From contig JAZSAT010000046.1 of the NCBI GenBank assembly GCA_045602025.1, positions 8,778-72,777 of the forward strand: a stretch of DNA of 64,000 nucleotides, read 5' to 3'. Position numbers and translations under genes: made by a program. Below, piece by piece: positions 38,970-48,631 of the stretch. A model generated the notes under the pieces. It made no database searches. It worked only from the letters and a program-made list of their open reading frames with translations, and was not told the origin of the DNA. This DNA is from Eubacteriales bacterium. GTDB taxonomy: Bacteria; Bacillota; Clostridia; Oscillospirales; SIG627. Positions within the stretch are counted from its first letter, which is position 1; each line of letters opens with the position of its first letter.

Positions 38970-39589
38970 ACGGCTTCGTTATTATTTTGGATCACACCAC
39001 TCTTTTGGATTACCTGAACAACTCTCACAATTGCAGGACTGATAACAACATTCACGATCAATTCAAACACAAAATTAAGACCTACAAAGAATACGATCAT
39101 AAAGCCAAGCATACTCATTCCTTGCTCCGCAGAAGAAGTTTTCACATAATCCGAAAAAAACAGAACGCATCCCAAAAGAAAAATGCCTGTATTTACCAAG
39201 GGACAAACAACAGCGCTTACAAAAACTGCAAGGTACTGATTGATTTTTGCAAGAAGCTTATAAACAAGACCTGCAAAAAAACCGGCCAAAATCCCCTTTA
39301 CCATTACCGTAATGATCGTTCCGGGTAGGCTGAGAGAGAACCAAAAAGCAGCATCCGCTGTTGTGAAAAAAATCAGCCCGGAAACTGCACCCAGCCAAGC
39401 ACCTGCCAAAGGACCGTATAAAGCGGAACCAAACACAACGGGAATCAGGGTAAGTGATATGGAAGCAAGTGCGCCAATTTTGATAAAACCACCAAAATAA
39501 GACAGTACCGCAACCAAAGCGGTTAAGATCGCAATCACAGCAAGCTTTTGAATTTTCGCTTGCAGCATTGCTTGTTTTGTTTTTGCCAT
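38966..39589 (-). CDS. ECF transporter S component (PanT-like candidate, given coupling to coaX)
   Basis: 207 aa with about 6 TM segments. It overlaps coaX by 4 nt. AAGGAGG RBS. Confidence 0.6.
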   Translation of the reverse strand: MAKTKQAMLQAKIQKLAVIAILTALVAVLSYFGGFIKIGALASISLTLIPVVFGSALYGPLAGAWLGAVSGLIFFTTADAAFWFSLSLPGTIITVMVKGILAGFFAGLVYKLLAKINQYLAVFVSAVVCPLVNTGIFLLGCVLFFSDYVKTSSAEQGMSMLGFMIVFFVGLNFVFELIVNVVISPAIVRVVQVIQKSGVIQNNNEAV

Positions 39590-39680
39590 AATAAAAACCT
39601 CCTTGCTACTGTCTCGGTCAACCGAGTATAGTGCAAAAGAATTCTATCACTCATTTTTCAAAAAATCAATACAAAAAATT

Positions 39681-39705
39681 AAAAAGGCGGAAAACCGCCT
39701 TTTTT
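39681..39705 (-). terminator. intrinsic terminator after the histidine phosphatase gene
   Basis: AAAAAGGCGG-AAAA-CCGCCTTTTT. Confidence 0.7.
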
Positions 39706-40432
39706 AATGTCTTTCAGGAGAATCATATGTTTCGCAGAATCTGCCAGCAAAAGCAGGTTCCTCCCCAGCGATGGAAAGATGAGAAATGTCGCCGTAAGAA
39801 AGACAACGAAAAATCGCTTTTCCCTCTTCTCTCTCCTCCGTTACAAGCGTGGTTACAGAAGTAGGTGCCGCACAAAAATGCTGCAAAAACACATAGGGAG
39901 AAAAGCCGGTCAGGAGGGAAAGAAGAATTGCTTGAAAACCGAAGTGGCAAAACAGGACAATGGTATCCTTGTTGGGGCGCACCGCACGAAAGATCTGAGA
40001 ATCACCTTCTCTTTCATAACCATGCTTCTTCAAAAGCGCATCAAATTCTCTTCTGACCCATTCATACTCTTCCAGCATATTGTTATTGGAAAACAACGGA
40101 TCCTCAAGCCATCTTTCATTATCATGCAAAAGCTTTCTTTTTTTGAAGAAGGAAGGCTTATAGTCCCAAGCGTTTGTTCTGAAATGTCTGTGAGGACAGT
40201 AAACTCTTGCTTTAAATTCTCTCATCCAAGGAAGCGTTTCAAATTCAAATCCGCACTCCTTTTGAGAAGCAAGGCATGTATCCTGTGCTCTTCCCATTGG
40301 AGAGCAGTATACAGCATCAAACTTTTTGCCTTTCAAAAACTTTGCAAGACACTCTGCTTCTACTTTCCCCTTTTCGGTTATGGTATTGTTCGCATAATCA
40401 GGATCGCCGTGACGAATAATTAAAAGTTTCAT
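39704..40432 (-). CDS. histidine phosphatase (phosphoglycerate mutase) family protein
   Basis: 242 aa starting MKLLIIRHGDPDY, the RHG catalytic motif. Confidence 0.8.
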   Translation of the reverse strand: MKLLIIRHGDPDYANNTITEKGKVEAECLAKFLKGKKFDAVYCSPMGRAQDTCLASQKECGFEFETLPWMREFKARVYCPHRHFRTNAWDYKPSFFKKRKLLHDNERWLEDPLFSNNNMLEEYEWVRREFDALLKKHGYEREGDSQIFRAVRPNKDTIVLFCHFGFQAILLSLLTGFSPYVFLQHFCAAPTSVTTLVTEEREEGKAIFRCLSYGDISHLSIAGEEPAFAGRFCETYDSPERH

Positions 40433-42021
40433 ACATTACCCTCCATTTTTAAAAAGAATGCTTCTACCGCTTTCATTCCATCCATTGCAGATGACATAAT
40501 TCCGCCTGCATATCCGGCTCCTTCACCAATGGGATAAAAGCCGGTAACCGAGCTTTGAAAATCTTCGCCGCGAAGGATGCGAACAGGCGATGTCGCTCGG
40601 GATTCAACGCCGGTCAATACCGCATCGTACACGGAAAAGCCTTCAAAAATCTTCCCCATTTTTGCAATCCCCTCTCTAAGAGGTTCACACAAATCAGCCG
40701 GCAACACAAAATCAAGAGAGCTTGGTGCCGTTCCGATGGAATAGCTGGGGATAACCTCACCAAAAGTGGTACTTTCCTTTCGACTCAGAAAATCTCCCAC
40801 CAATTGACAAGGTGCTTTAAAATTCCCGCCGCCTGCCAAAAAAGCTTTTTCCTCAAGCTTTCTCTGAAAAACAAAGCCCGAAAAAATATCCTCAGGAAGC
40901 TCTTCAGGAAGCACATTTAAAAGAAGCGCGGAATTCGCATTTTCCCTATCTCTTGCAAAATAACTCATTCCGTTGGTAACAACACTACCCTCTTCACTGG
41001 TCGCAGGGACCACCACACCTCCCGGACACATACAGAAGGTGTAAAGGTTTTTACCAAAGGAGGTTGGAACGGCAAGCTTATAATCTGCCGCAGGAAGTTT
41101 GCCGCGAAAAAAAGCTCCGTATTGTGTTTGGTCAATCTTCTTTTGCAAATGCTCAACACGAACACCAACGGAAAAGATCTTCTTTTCCATAGAAATTCCG
41201 ATCTCTCTTAAGTGTCGAAAAGTTTCTCTTGCACTGTGACCAATTCCGAGAAAAACAGTATCACACAAAAATTCCTTTTTCTGTCCTTTTTCTAAAAAGA
41301 TTGCACCAACAACCTTTTTATTCTTTACAACAGGAGCAATAAACTCCGTTTCGAAAAGAACCTCTCCACCAAGAGAAATGATCTCTTCGCGGATAGAGCG
41401 AACCACTTTGCGAAGACGGTCGGTACCGATATGGGGTTTGTTTAAATAAAGAATTTCCTCCGGCGCACCGAAACGGACAAACTCTTCCAAAACAAATCTT
41501 CCCCTGAAGTTTTTATCCTTCAAAAGCGTATTGAGTTTGCCGTCGGAAAAGGTGCCGGCACCGCCTTCACCAAACTGAACATTCGATGCCGGGTCTAATC
41601 TTCCGGATTGAAAGAAAAGCTCAACATCCCTTTCTCTGTCTTCAATCCTTTTTCCCTTTTCAAGAACGATCGGACAAAGGCCCGCTCTTGCAAGCAGGAG
41701 TGCAGCAAACATTCCCGACGGACCAAAGCCGACAACAACAGGACGGTACTCTGACTTTTTTAAGTTTGGTATTAAATAAGAAAATTCTTTCTCGACTCTT
41801 TTGCATTTTTCGGAAGGAGAAACAAGTGCTCCATCTCTTAAGAAAACATCTACCGTATAGTGAAAAACGATCTTTGATTTTCTCGCATCAAGGGATTTTC
41901 TGTAAAGCCGGATTTTGTTGATACAAGAGGGGGAAATGCCAAGCTCACGAGCTGCTTTTTTATATAATAAAGACTCCTCTTCCTCCGGAAAAAGTGTGAG
42001 CGAAGAAATGCGGTAAAACAC
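40429..42021 (-). CDS. FAD-dependent oxidoreductase (COG2509-like)
   Basis: Dinucleotide motif VVVGFGPSGMFAALLLARAG. I chose the GTG start at 42021, behind AAGGAGG. The longer ORF-track N-terminus is read-through of the antisense tRNA-Leu. Confidence 0.75.
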   Translation of the reverse strand: MFYRISSLTLFPEEEESLLYKKAARELGISPSCINKIRLYRKSLDARKSKIVFHYTVDVFLRDGALVSPSEKCKRVEKEFSYLIPNLKKSEYRPVVVGFGPSGMFAALLLARAGLCPIVLEKGKRIEDRERDVELFFQSGRLDPASNVQFGEGGAGTFSDGKLNTLLKDKNFRGRFVLEEFVRFGAPEEILYLNKPHIGTDRLRKVVRSIREEIISLGGEVLFETEFIAPVVKNKKVVGAIFLEKGQKKEFLCDTVFLGIGHSARETFRHLREIGISMEKKIFSVGVRVEHLQKKIDQTQYGAFFRGKLPAADYKLAVPTSFGKNLYTFCMCPGGVVVPATSEEGSVVTNGMSYFARDRENANSALLLNVLPEELPEDIFSGFVFQRKLEEKAFLAGGGNFKAPCQLVGDFLSRKESTTFGEVIPSYSIGTAPSSLDFVLPADLCEPLREGIAKMGKIFEGFSVYDAVLTGVESRATSPVRILRGEDFQSSVTGFYPIGEGAGYAGGIMSSAMDGMKAVEAFFLKMEGNV

Positions 42022-42073
42022 TCTTTTTCCTCCTTGACAAAAGACTGATAATCTATTAAAATAATAAAAACTT

Positions 42074-42158
42074 GCGGGTATGGCGGAATTGGCAGACGCG
42101 CCAGATTTAGGATCTGGTGGGGATCCTCGTGCAGGTTCAAGTCCTGTTACCCGCACCA
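42074..42158 (+). tRNA. tRNA-Leu (anticodon UAG)
   Basis: GCGGGTA acceptor pairs with TACCCGC. Anticodon arm CCAGA-TTTAGGA-TCTGG. Long variable arm, T-loop TTCAAGT, encoded CCA. Confidence 0.9.
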
Positions 42159-42160
42159 AG

Positions 42161-42192
42161 ATTCCAAGAACAAACCGTTCTTGGAATTTTTT
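42161..42192 (+). terminator. intrinsic terminator after tRNA-Leu
   Basis: ATTCCAAGAAC-AAACC-GTTCTTGGAAT followed by TTTTT. Confidence 0.8.
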
Positions 42193-42195
42193 ATA

Positions 42196-42741
42196 TCAAT
42201 TCAAACGGTCTGGCATCTTATAATCCCGAAACAAGCCTTCATATATAAGCTCGGTCCCGGGGAAATCCAAGAAATCGGAAGGCTCTGTAAATCTGCGAAG
42301 GTTTTCAGATCCGGGAATCTTGAATTTTTGAAAAATGCTTTTGATAAAATCGGAACAATAATATTTGTTATTTCTTTTTTTCTCAATTCGGATCGCTGCA
42401 AGACAGAGCCCGATAAAATCATAACCGAATTCTTTCTTGCTTTCGTACATTTCTTCAAGAACACTTTTTATGCTCTCATAAATCTCATCGGAAACCGCCA
42501 AAGAAAGAACAGCACATTTCGTATTTGGAAACCGTTTATAAACACCGATATTTCGGTGCTCTTTTACAAAGCCACCCCAAAAAGGATTATAGGCCTGTCT
42601 TCTTCCAAAGGAATACATTGGCTCAAGATCCTCTGTTAAAGAAATGGATATATGGCTGAAACGAGTTCGAGTGCAGACACGGATCACACGGGAAACAAAA
42701 GTAGATGTGTAGGTTAAAACCAAGTAGATATTTCTTGACAA
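42196..42741 (-). CDS. hypothetical protein, possible permuted papain-like (YiiX/NlpC-P60-type) hydrolase
   Basis: A His-containing motif (RFSHISIS) lies upstream of a Cys motif (KYYCSDF). I chose the TTG start at 42741, 7 nt after GGAGG. The family assignment is by eye only. Confidence 0.4.
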   Translation of the reverse strand: MSRNIYLVLTYTSTFVSRVIRVCTRTRFSHISISLTEDLEPMYSFGRRQAYNPFWGGFVKEHRNIGVYKRFPNTKCAVLSLAVSDEIYESIKSVLEEMYESKKEFGYDFIGLCLAAIRIEKKRNNKYYCSDFIKSIFQKFKIPGSENLRRFTEPSDFLDFPGTELIYEGLFRDYKMPDRLN

Positions 42742-42852
42742 ATCGGTGCCTCCTCTCAATTGTATGTATCGATTAAGTATAGCATTAAACACGGATATGA
42801 GTCAAGGAATTTTGACCGCTTTTAATACTTTTTCTAAAAAAAGGAGTTTTCA

Positions 42853-43443
42853 ATGGATTTTTCTTTTAATGCGTTGGGACTTTCCCACAAATTTATTTCT
42901 GAGCATGTGGATAAAGGAAACTTTTGCATTGACGGTACTGCAGGCCGAGGAAGAGACACGCTTTTTCTTTCCAATCTTGTAGGGGAAGCCGGTAAAGTGC
43001 TCTCTTTTGACATTCAGCAGGAAGCCATCGACAGTACTCGGGAATTGCTGGAAAATGAGAAAAAGAAAAATGTCACCTTGATTTTGGACTGTCACAGTAA
43101 AATGGATCAATATGCAGAAAAAAACACTGCAGATGCGATCATGTTCAATTTTGGTTGGCTCCCCGGAGGCGATCACAATATTTTTTCCGTTGGCGAAACC
43201 TCAGTTTTGGCAATCAAAAAAGGGCTTGATATTTTAAAACCGGGAGGTGTAATGACCCTTTGTATCTATTGCGGGAAAGAAACTGGTTTCGATGAAAAAA
43301 GGACACTTCTTGACTTTGTTTCCACCTTAGATCAAAAGAAGTATTCTGTCTTGCTGAACGATTTTATAAATCGCGGTGGTAATCCGCCCATTGCTATATT
43401 TATTTTAAAAGAGAAAACCGCACTTGACAACACAAGCACCTGA
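42853..43443 (+). CDS. mnmM: class I SAM-dependent methyltransferase, YtqB/MnmM family
   Basis: 196 aa, CIDGTAGRGRDTLFL...SFDIQ..A, typical of the YtqB family. Confidence 0.7.
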   Translation: MDFSFNALGLSHKFISEHVDKGNFCIDGTAGRGRDTLFLSNLVGEAGKVLSFDIQQEAIDSTRELLENEKKKNVTLILDCHSKMDQYAEKNTADAIMFNFGWLPGGDHNIFSVGETSVLAIKKGLDILKPGGVMTLCIYCGKETGFDEKRTLLDFVSTLDQKKYSVLLNDFINRGGNPPIAIFILKEKTALDNTST

Positions 43444-43479
43444 TGCGATAATATTTTTATCCTAAAAAGGAGTTTAAAT

Positions 43480-44049
43480 ATGGACATCACAAAAGCAATT
43501 GAAAACAGGCGTTCTATACGAAAATTCAAGCAAACCTCTCTTGATAAAAATACCCTGATGGAAGTAATCCGCCTTGGAAGACTTTATTCCTCCGCAATGA
43601 ACGCTCAACCGATCCGCTTTGCGCTAATCACAAAAAAAGAAAACAAGGATACGGTCTTTTCTTCACTGAAATGGGCAATGCGCCTTCATCCTTACAAAAT
43701 AGAGGAGGATGAAAGACCTATGGCTTATATCCTTCTGCTCGGCAAGGAAGAAGAATCTGCGTTTTTTGATTTTGATGCCGGAAGTGCTGCGGCAACGGTT
43801 ATGCTGGCTGCAACAGGATTTGAGATCGAAAACTGCTGCCTGAAAATACCAAGTCCAAAAGACGTTGCAAAGCATTTTGATTTCGGTGAATATATTCCCT
43901 ATTATGCAATTGCACTCGGCAAAGGAAAGGTAAAAAGCTCTATTATCGACGCCGACGATTCCATTTTTTATTATTTGGATGAGAATGAAAATTTTGTAGT
44001 ACCGAAAAGAACAGAAAAAGATGTTTTGATCTATTCTGATACGGAGTAA
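43480..44049 (+). CDS. nitroreductase family protein
   Basis: 189 aa starting MDITKAIENRRSIRKF, the nitroreductase N-terminal signature. Confidence 0.8.
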   Translation: MDITKAIENRRSIRKFKQTSLDKNTLMEVIRLGRLYSSAMNAQPIRFALITKKENKDTVFSSLKWAMRLHPYKIEEDERPMAYILLLGKEEESAFFDFDAGSAAATVMLAATGFEIENCCLKIPSPKDVAKHFDFGEYIPYYAIALGKGKVKSSIIDADDSIFYYLDENENFVVPKRTEKDVLIYSDTE

Positions 44050-44053
44050 AAAT

Positions 44054-44656
44054 ATGAAAGAATACACAATTGTTCGAAAACCCGAGACTCTTGATTGGAC
44101 TAAAATCCCGAAACTCAAAATTGATACTCCCTTATTTTCGGGAGATGATGTTTTTATCAATGCATTCGGTCAGATCTGTTATGACTCCGATGCACTCTAT
44201 GTTCATTTGTTTTGTGATGAAAAAGAGATCCGTGCCGAGCTCACCGGACTTCTTGACGAGGTTTGTAATGATAGCTGCATGGAGTTTTTCTTCTGCCCGA
44301 TAGAAGGAGATACACGATATTTTAATATCGAAAGCAACTTAAACGGTGCTATTTTCCTTGGGTTCGGAACAGATGTACATACCCTTGTTCGCCTGATTCC
44401 CGAGGAGCCCTCCATTAAGCCCATTGCTCAAAAAACAGAAGACGGTTGGGAGCTTTTTTATACGGTGCCTTTTGAATTTATCAGAAGGTTTTTCCCCGAT
44501 TTTTCCCCAAAATCCGGAACCTGCATTCGTGCAAATTGCTATAAATGCGGGGATCTGACAAGCCGTCCCCATTATTATACTTGGAACGAAACTCCTCCTC
44601 TTCCCAATGCTGCATTCCACAATCCAAGTGGCTTTGGGAAAATGATCTTCGAATAA
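44054..44656 (+). CDS. carbohydrate-binding family 9-like (DOMON-like) protein
   Basis: 200 aa. The pattern of LDW.KIP...D..ALYV....E and YYTWNE is as I recall for CBM9-like proteins. Confidence 0.5.
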   Translation: MKEYTIVRKPETLDWTKIPKLKIDTPLFSGDDVFINAFGQICYDSDALYVHLFCDEKEIRAELTGLLDEVCNDSCMEFFFCPIEGDTRYFNIESNLNGAIFLGFGTDVHTLVRLIPEEPSIKPIAQKTEDGWELFYTVPFEFIRRFFPDFSPKSGTCIRANCYKCGDLTSRPHYYTWNETPPLPNAAFHNPSGFGKMIFE

Positions 44657-44657
44657 G

Positions 44658-44683
44658 AAAAACCCGCCAAAAGGCGGGTTTTC
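44658..44683. terminator. bidirectional intrinsic terminator
   Basis: AAAACCCGCC-AAAA-GGCGGGTTTT. Confidence 0.75.
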
Positions 44684-45481
44684 TTATTCTACATTGACTC
44701 CTTTTGCAAAAAAACGAGTGTTTAACATGTGCCCCAAAACAGCAAACATAAAATAACAGCCTACTGAAATAACTACAATTAGCTTTGCAATCGAAGGATC
44801 CATGGCAAAAAGATCGTTTGTAGTAAAAATCTCCATAAAACCGGGATCGAGCAATGCGCAGAGGACCATAACAAAAAGAACCGAAATCTGACTTGCAAGA
44901 TAAAGGCAAAAACCGATCAAAACGGAGAATAATACCTTACCGGAAATGCGGCGGTGTCCTAAAATGATTCCCATAAAGCCCCACTGTAAAACAGCGACCA
45001 ACTCCAAAAAAAGGATCAAGAGAAGCATGAAAACAAGAGCATAAAGATCAATATCGAAAAACAAAATGATCGGTTCTAAAAATGCCTTAAGAAGCTGAGC
45101 TGTTTCTTTGTTCAGGTAAATAACACCGATTGTCAAAAGTATGACAACAAAGCTTGATAACAACGAAACATAGGCAGTGACGGCTTTAGACAAGTAAAGT
45201 GTTGATCTTGAAACAGGTAAAGTATGCGTTAAATAGGATTCGTCACCGTAAAAGCTTGAGCGAAATGTGACCCAAGTGCGCATCAGACAGTTGATCAAAA
45301 TGCTGAACATCATAGAGATTGCAGTACCGCTTGCGATTGAGGAGAGAACGGTAAACAGCAAGGAATTTCCCGTTTCCTTAAAAATTCTTGATAAAATACC
45401 AAAGAAAAGGGCAAGAATGAAAAAGACGGACAAAAATTTAAACATCTTTTTTATATCATATTTTAAAAGTTTCTTCAGCAT
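44684..45481 (-). CDS. ABC-2-type transporter permease (YtrC/D-like)
   Basis: 265 aa with about 6 TM segments. It overlaps the upstream ABC ATPase gene. Confidence 0.65.
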   Translation of the reverse strand: MLKKLLKYDIKKMFKFLSVFFILALFFGILSRIFKETGNSLLFTVLSSIASGTAISMMFSILINCLMRTWVTFRSSFYGDESYLTHTLPVSRSTLYLSKAVTAYVSLLSSFVVILLTIGVIYLNKETAQLLKAFLEPIILFFDIDLYALVFMLLLILFLELVAVLQWGFMGIILGHRRISGKVLFSVLIGFCLYLASQISVLFVMVLCALLDPGFMEIFTTNDLFAMDPSIAKLIVVISVGCYFMFAVLGHMLNTRFFAKGVNVE

Positions 45482-46170
45482 TTAAACATCCTCCTAAAGA
45501 TCTCATCAACAGACGCCCCTTCCTTTTCACGAAGCTCATCAGCTGAAGAGGTTAAAACGATTTTGCCGGAATCAATAAAAATCACATCATCCAAAATGCG
45601 TTCAATATCGCTGATCAAGTGGGTGGAGATCAAAACAGTAGCACCTTGAGTAAAGTTTTTCAGGATCGTATCCAATATATAATCCCTCGTAGCAGGATCC
45701 ACTCCGCCGAGAGGTTCATCAAGGATGTAAAGTTTTGCACTGCGGCTAATCACGAGAGCAAGCTGTACTTTTTCCTGCATTCCTTTGCTCATTTTACTAA
45801 GCTTCATCTTCGGATCAAGACCCAAATCCTTCAAGAGAGAAAGGGCTTTTTCACAGTCAAAATCCTGATAAAAATCGGAAAAATACATAAGAGCCTGCAT
45901 CACCGTCATCGTTTTATCAAGATAGGTTCTTTCAGGAAGATATGAGATGAATGCTTTACTTTCGACACCAATGGGATTTCCAAGCATTTTAATTTCTCCG
46001 GAAGTGGGTGTCAGAAGATCATTGATCAGCTTGATCAGTGTTGTTTTACCAGCACCGTTTTTACCGAGGATCCCAATGATCCTACCGGCAGGAATCTTCA
46101 AATTTATGTCGGAAAGTACCGTTTTATCTCCGTATTTTTTAGAAACTCCGATCAATTCCAAAAGCTCCAT
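45475..46170 (-). CDS. ABC transporter ATP-binding protein
   Basis: Walker A GKNGAGKTT, signature MSKGMQ, Walker B LYILDEP. Confidence 0.88.
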   Translation of the reverse strand: MELLELIGVSKKYGDKTVLSDINLKIPAGRIIGILGKNGAGKTTLIKLINDLLTPTSGEIKMLGNPIGVESKAFISYLPERTYLDKTMTVMQALMYFSDFYQDFDCEKALSLLKDLGLDPKMKLSKMSKGMQEKVQLALVISRSAKLYILDEPLGGVDPATRDYILDTILKNFTQGATVLISTHLISDIERILDDVIFIDSGKIVLTSSADELREKEGASVDEIFRRMFKC

Positions 46171-46529
46171 TAGGCATCCCCCTCACTTTTATTCAGATAA
46201 GAAAACACATCTGCCATTTCATACCCGATCTCTTTCATGTTTTGCATATACTTTTCAGTCAGCTTTGTTGCGTATTTTCTTTTGCAGGATTCGATCAATT
46301 CACAGTCTGATGTAACAAATCTTCCGCTCGTTCTTTCCGCAAAAACCAGCCCCTCACCTTCCAGCTCAGTAAGTGCCTTTTTCAGAGTGTTTGGATTGAC
46401 GGAAAAAAAGATAGACCACTCACGAACGGAAGGAAGCCTTTGACCCGGCAAAAGCTTTTCGGAAATGATCAGTATGCGGATCTGTTCCATAAGCTGCAAA
46501 TAGATCGGACTGTTATTCTGAAAATTCAT
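46170..46529 (-). CDS. GntR-family (YtrA-subfamily) transcriptional regulator
   Basis: MNFQNNSPIYLQL...LPSVREWS...NPNTLKKA. Short, about 120 aa, which is typical of YtrA. First gene of the ABC operon. Confidence 0.85.
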   Translation of the reverse strand: MNFQNNSPIYLQLMEQIRILIISEKLLPGQRLPSVREWSIFFSVNPNTLKKALTELEGEGLVFAERTSGRFVTSDCELIESCKRKYATKLTEKYMQNMKEIGYEMADVFSYLNKSEGDA

Positions 46530-46637
46530 TTTTCCCTCCATCTGTATTATTGTCTTAATACAATATTACACTTTTTCAGACCATTGTCAAGTGTTTTTCT
46601 AAAAAAAGATCGGAAACCTTGCGGCTCCGACCTTTTT

Positions 46638-47489
46638 TTATTTTACCGAAATTGTTTTTCCGTCACAAACGACCTCAACAAAAAGAGGTTTTTCAAGACC
46701 TTTTTCATTGGGAGAATGGAAAGTTAAATAAAGACTTCCTTCTTTTTCGAAGATCATACCGTGACCGCCGTCTGAATCAATGATAGGAGGAAGGTGGGTA
46801 AAAGATTTTTCAATGCTTCCCTCTTCAAACTTTACAAGAAGCTCAGCATACTTTCCTTTTACAAAAGAAGACCAAATCATAAAGAGCTCCCCTTCTTTTG
46901 TTTCATACATAAAAGGTCCATCCGTTACATAATGATCATGCTTTCCTACCTTATCCACCCAAGAACAGGAGGATGCTGCAAAAATTGTAACCGGCTCGGA
47001 AACAATCCTTGAAAGATCATCCGAAAGGCGCGCGTAGCAAATCGTTCCGTCGATAATTTTGGTATGTTCTCTGCAGAAAATAATGTAGGGGTTTTTTTCC
47101 TTATCAATGTAAAGGGTTCCGTCGAGACATTCCCATTCTTTCGGTGTAACCGGGCCGTTGCTGTGTGGCACGAAGGGTCCGAGAGGGCTGCTTGACTTTA
47201 AAATATAGGTTCCTCTTAAATCGTTTTCCTGGGTAAAGGTAGCAAACATATAATATGAACCGCAAAACTTGTGCACCTCAGGTGCCCAGTTTGCGCCACG
47301 GTTCATACCAAATTCAGAGGAACAAAAGCATTCAACCGGATCGCTCCAAATTTCAAGGTCTTTTGATGTATAAACATCAAAACCGTCCGACTCCATTGCA
47401 TAATTCTTCGCGCGAGAACCATACAAATAATACAATCCGTTATCTTCTAAAACATAAGGATCGCGGATATTGATCTCATAGCTCTTCAT
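46638..47489 (-). CDS. glycoside hydrolase family 43 protein
   Basis: 283 aa, IRDPYVLEDNGLYYLYGS...WAPEVH...DG, the GH43 five-bladed propeller signatures. Confidence 0.75.
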   Translation of the reverse strand: MKSYEINIRDPYVLEDNGLYYLYGSRAKNYAMESDGFDVYTSKDLEIWSDPVECFCSSEFGMNRGANWAPEVHKFCGSYYMFATFTQENDLRGTYILKSSSPLGPFVPHSNGPVTPKEWECLDGTLYIDKEKNPYIIFCREHTKIIDGTICYARLSDDLSRIVSEPVTIFAASSCSWVDKVGKHDHYVTDGPFMYETKEGELFMIWSSFVKGKYAELLVKFEEGSIEKSFTHLPPIIDSDGGHGMIFEKEGSLYLTFHSPNEKGLEKPLFVEVVCDGKTISVK

Positions 47490-47504
47490 TATAATCCTCC
47501 AAAT

Positions 47505-47975
47505 TTATAAAGCTGATTTGCAAACATCTACCCATTTTTCAAAATGAATGATGTTTTCGAGTTCTTCAAGGCTAAGCTTAATCGCGCTGTTCGAGCTGCC
47601 GCAAGCAGGATAAACAGTTTCAAAGGCTTTCAAGGAAACATCCAGATATACCGTTACATTTTCGCGAATTCCAAAGGGACAAACGCCGCCAACCGCATGA
47701 CCGATCAAAGGCTCAACATCTTCAAAGGGAATCATTTTTGCCTTCATGTGAAATTCCCCCTTGAATTTTGCGTTATCAATTCTTGCATTGCCGGAAGTAA
47801 TAATCAGAATAGGCTTCTCATCCACAATAAAAGAAAGGGACTTTGCTATCTCCTCTCCCGTGCAACCGATTGCCTTTGCAGCCTCTTCCACAGTAGCGGA
47901 AGAAACATCAAACACCATGATTTTCTCATCGAGATCAAATTTTTTCAAATAATCTCTTGCTTTTTCAAATGCCAT
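47505..47975 (-). CDS. YbaK/EbsC-type aminoacyl-tRNA editing domain protein
   Basis: I chose the start at MAFEKARDYL. It contains KSL.F......ILIITSG and GHAVGGVCPFG. Confidence 0.7.
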   Translation of the reverse strand: MAFEKARDYLKKFDLDEKIMVFDVSSATVEEAAKAIGCTGEEIAKSLSFIVDEKPILIITSGNARIDNAKFKGEFHMKAKMIPFEDVEPLIGHAVGGVCPFGIRENVTVYLDVSLKAFETVYPACGSSNSAIKLSLEELENIIHFEKWVDVCKSAL

Positions 47976-47988
47976 AAAAACTCCTAAG

Positions 47989-48393
47989 CTACTTTTCAAG
48001 GGTATCTTCTTTTCCGCGGTATACGACAAATTTGCAGAAGAGAAACTCCAATACAAAATTGGAAAGCATCGTTATAATGAGAATAATAAAATCATTGATA
48101 CCCAACCCTTCCGCCAAATCACCGAGATAGGTCGACAACGGGGTGAAAACAAGGTAAAAGCCAAACACTTTCGCCATAGCAACAGGAACATTTGCTGCAG
48201 ATTTAAAGGTATATCTACGGTTTAAAGTAAAATTCCATAAAATAGAAAGCACGAGAGAGATCAGATATGGGATCCAGTAATCTTTAATAAAAATTTCAAG
48301 CAGCGCGAAGGTTGCGATTTGGATCACACCGGCGGAAACGGAAAACAAAGTAAACTTTACCGCTTGCCACATCTGCTTTTTCTTTTCGTTCAT
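47989..48393 (-). CDS. GtrA-family membrane protein
   Basis: Start at MNEKKKQMWQAVKF. Four TM segments and the motif NFTLNRRYTFKS. Confidence 0.75.
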   Translation of the reverse strand: MNEKKKQMWQAVKFTLFSVSAGVIQIATFALLEIFIKDYWIPYLISLVLSILWNFTLNRRYTFKSAANVPVAMAKVFGFYLVFTPLSTYLGDLAEGLGINDFIILIITMLSNFVLEFLFCKFVVYRGKEDTLEK

Positions 48394-48436
48394 TTTAAAT
48401 TCCTCACTAACATTAGATTTAATTACAAAGTAATTG

Positions 48437-48583
48437 TTATTTCCTGTCGTTAAAGTAAATAATGAAGCCACCCATAATAACAACAGCAGCTAAAATTCCA
48501 AATTCCAATGTTTCATAAAAAATACCCATCACTACGAAGGACACAATCAATGTAACAAGCATTGCGATCAAGGCTTTTTTCAT
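48437..48583 (-). CDS. small hydrophobic protein (48 aa, 2 TM)
   Basis: Hand translation gives MKKALIAMLVTLIVSFVVMGIFYETLEFGILAAVVIMGGFIIYFNDRK*. Preceded by AAGGAG. Confidence 0.45.
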   Translation of the reverse strand: MKKALIAMLVTLIVSFVVMGIFYETLEFGILAAVVIMGGFIIYFNDRK

Positions 48584-48631
48584 AAATGACTCCTTAAATA
48601 AAACAATGATAAGAGAAACGAGAATAGGCGA

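Noticed and set aside
42022-42159. N-terminal 46 codons of the 576-aa ORF (MVRVTGLEPARGSPPDPKSGASA...)
   Set aside because: This segment is the antisense of tRNA-Leu. A GTG start with an AAGGAGG RBS at 42021 gives a normal FAD-protein N-terminus.
42906-42914. Perfect DnaA box TGTGGATAA
   Set aside because: It is a single isolated copy inside the mnmM coding region, with no cluster, no AT-rich DUE and no adjacent dnaA. It is most likely a chance occurrence.
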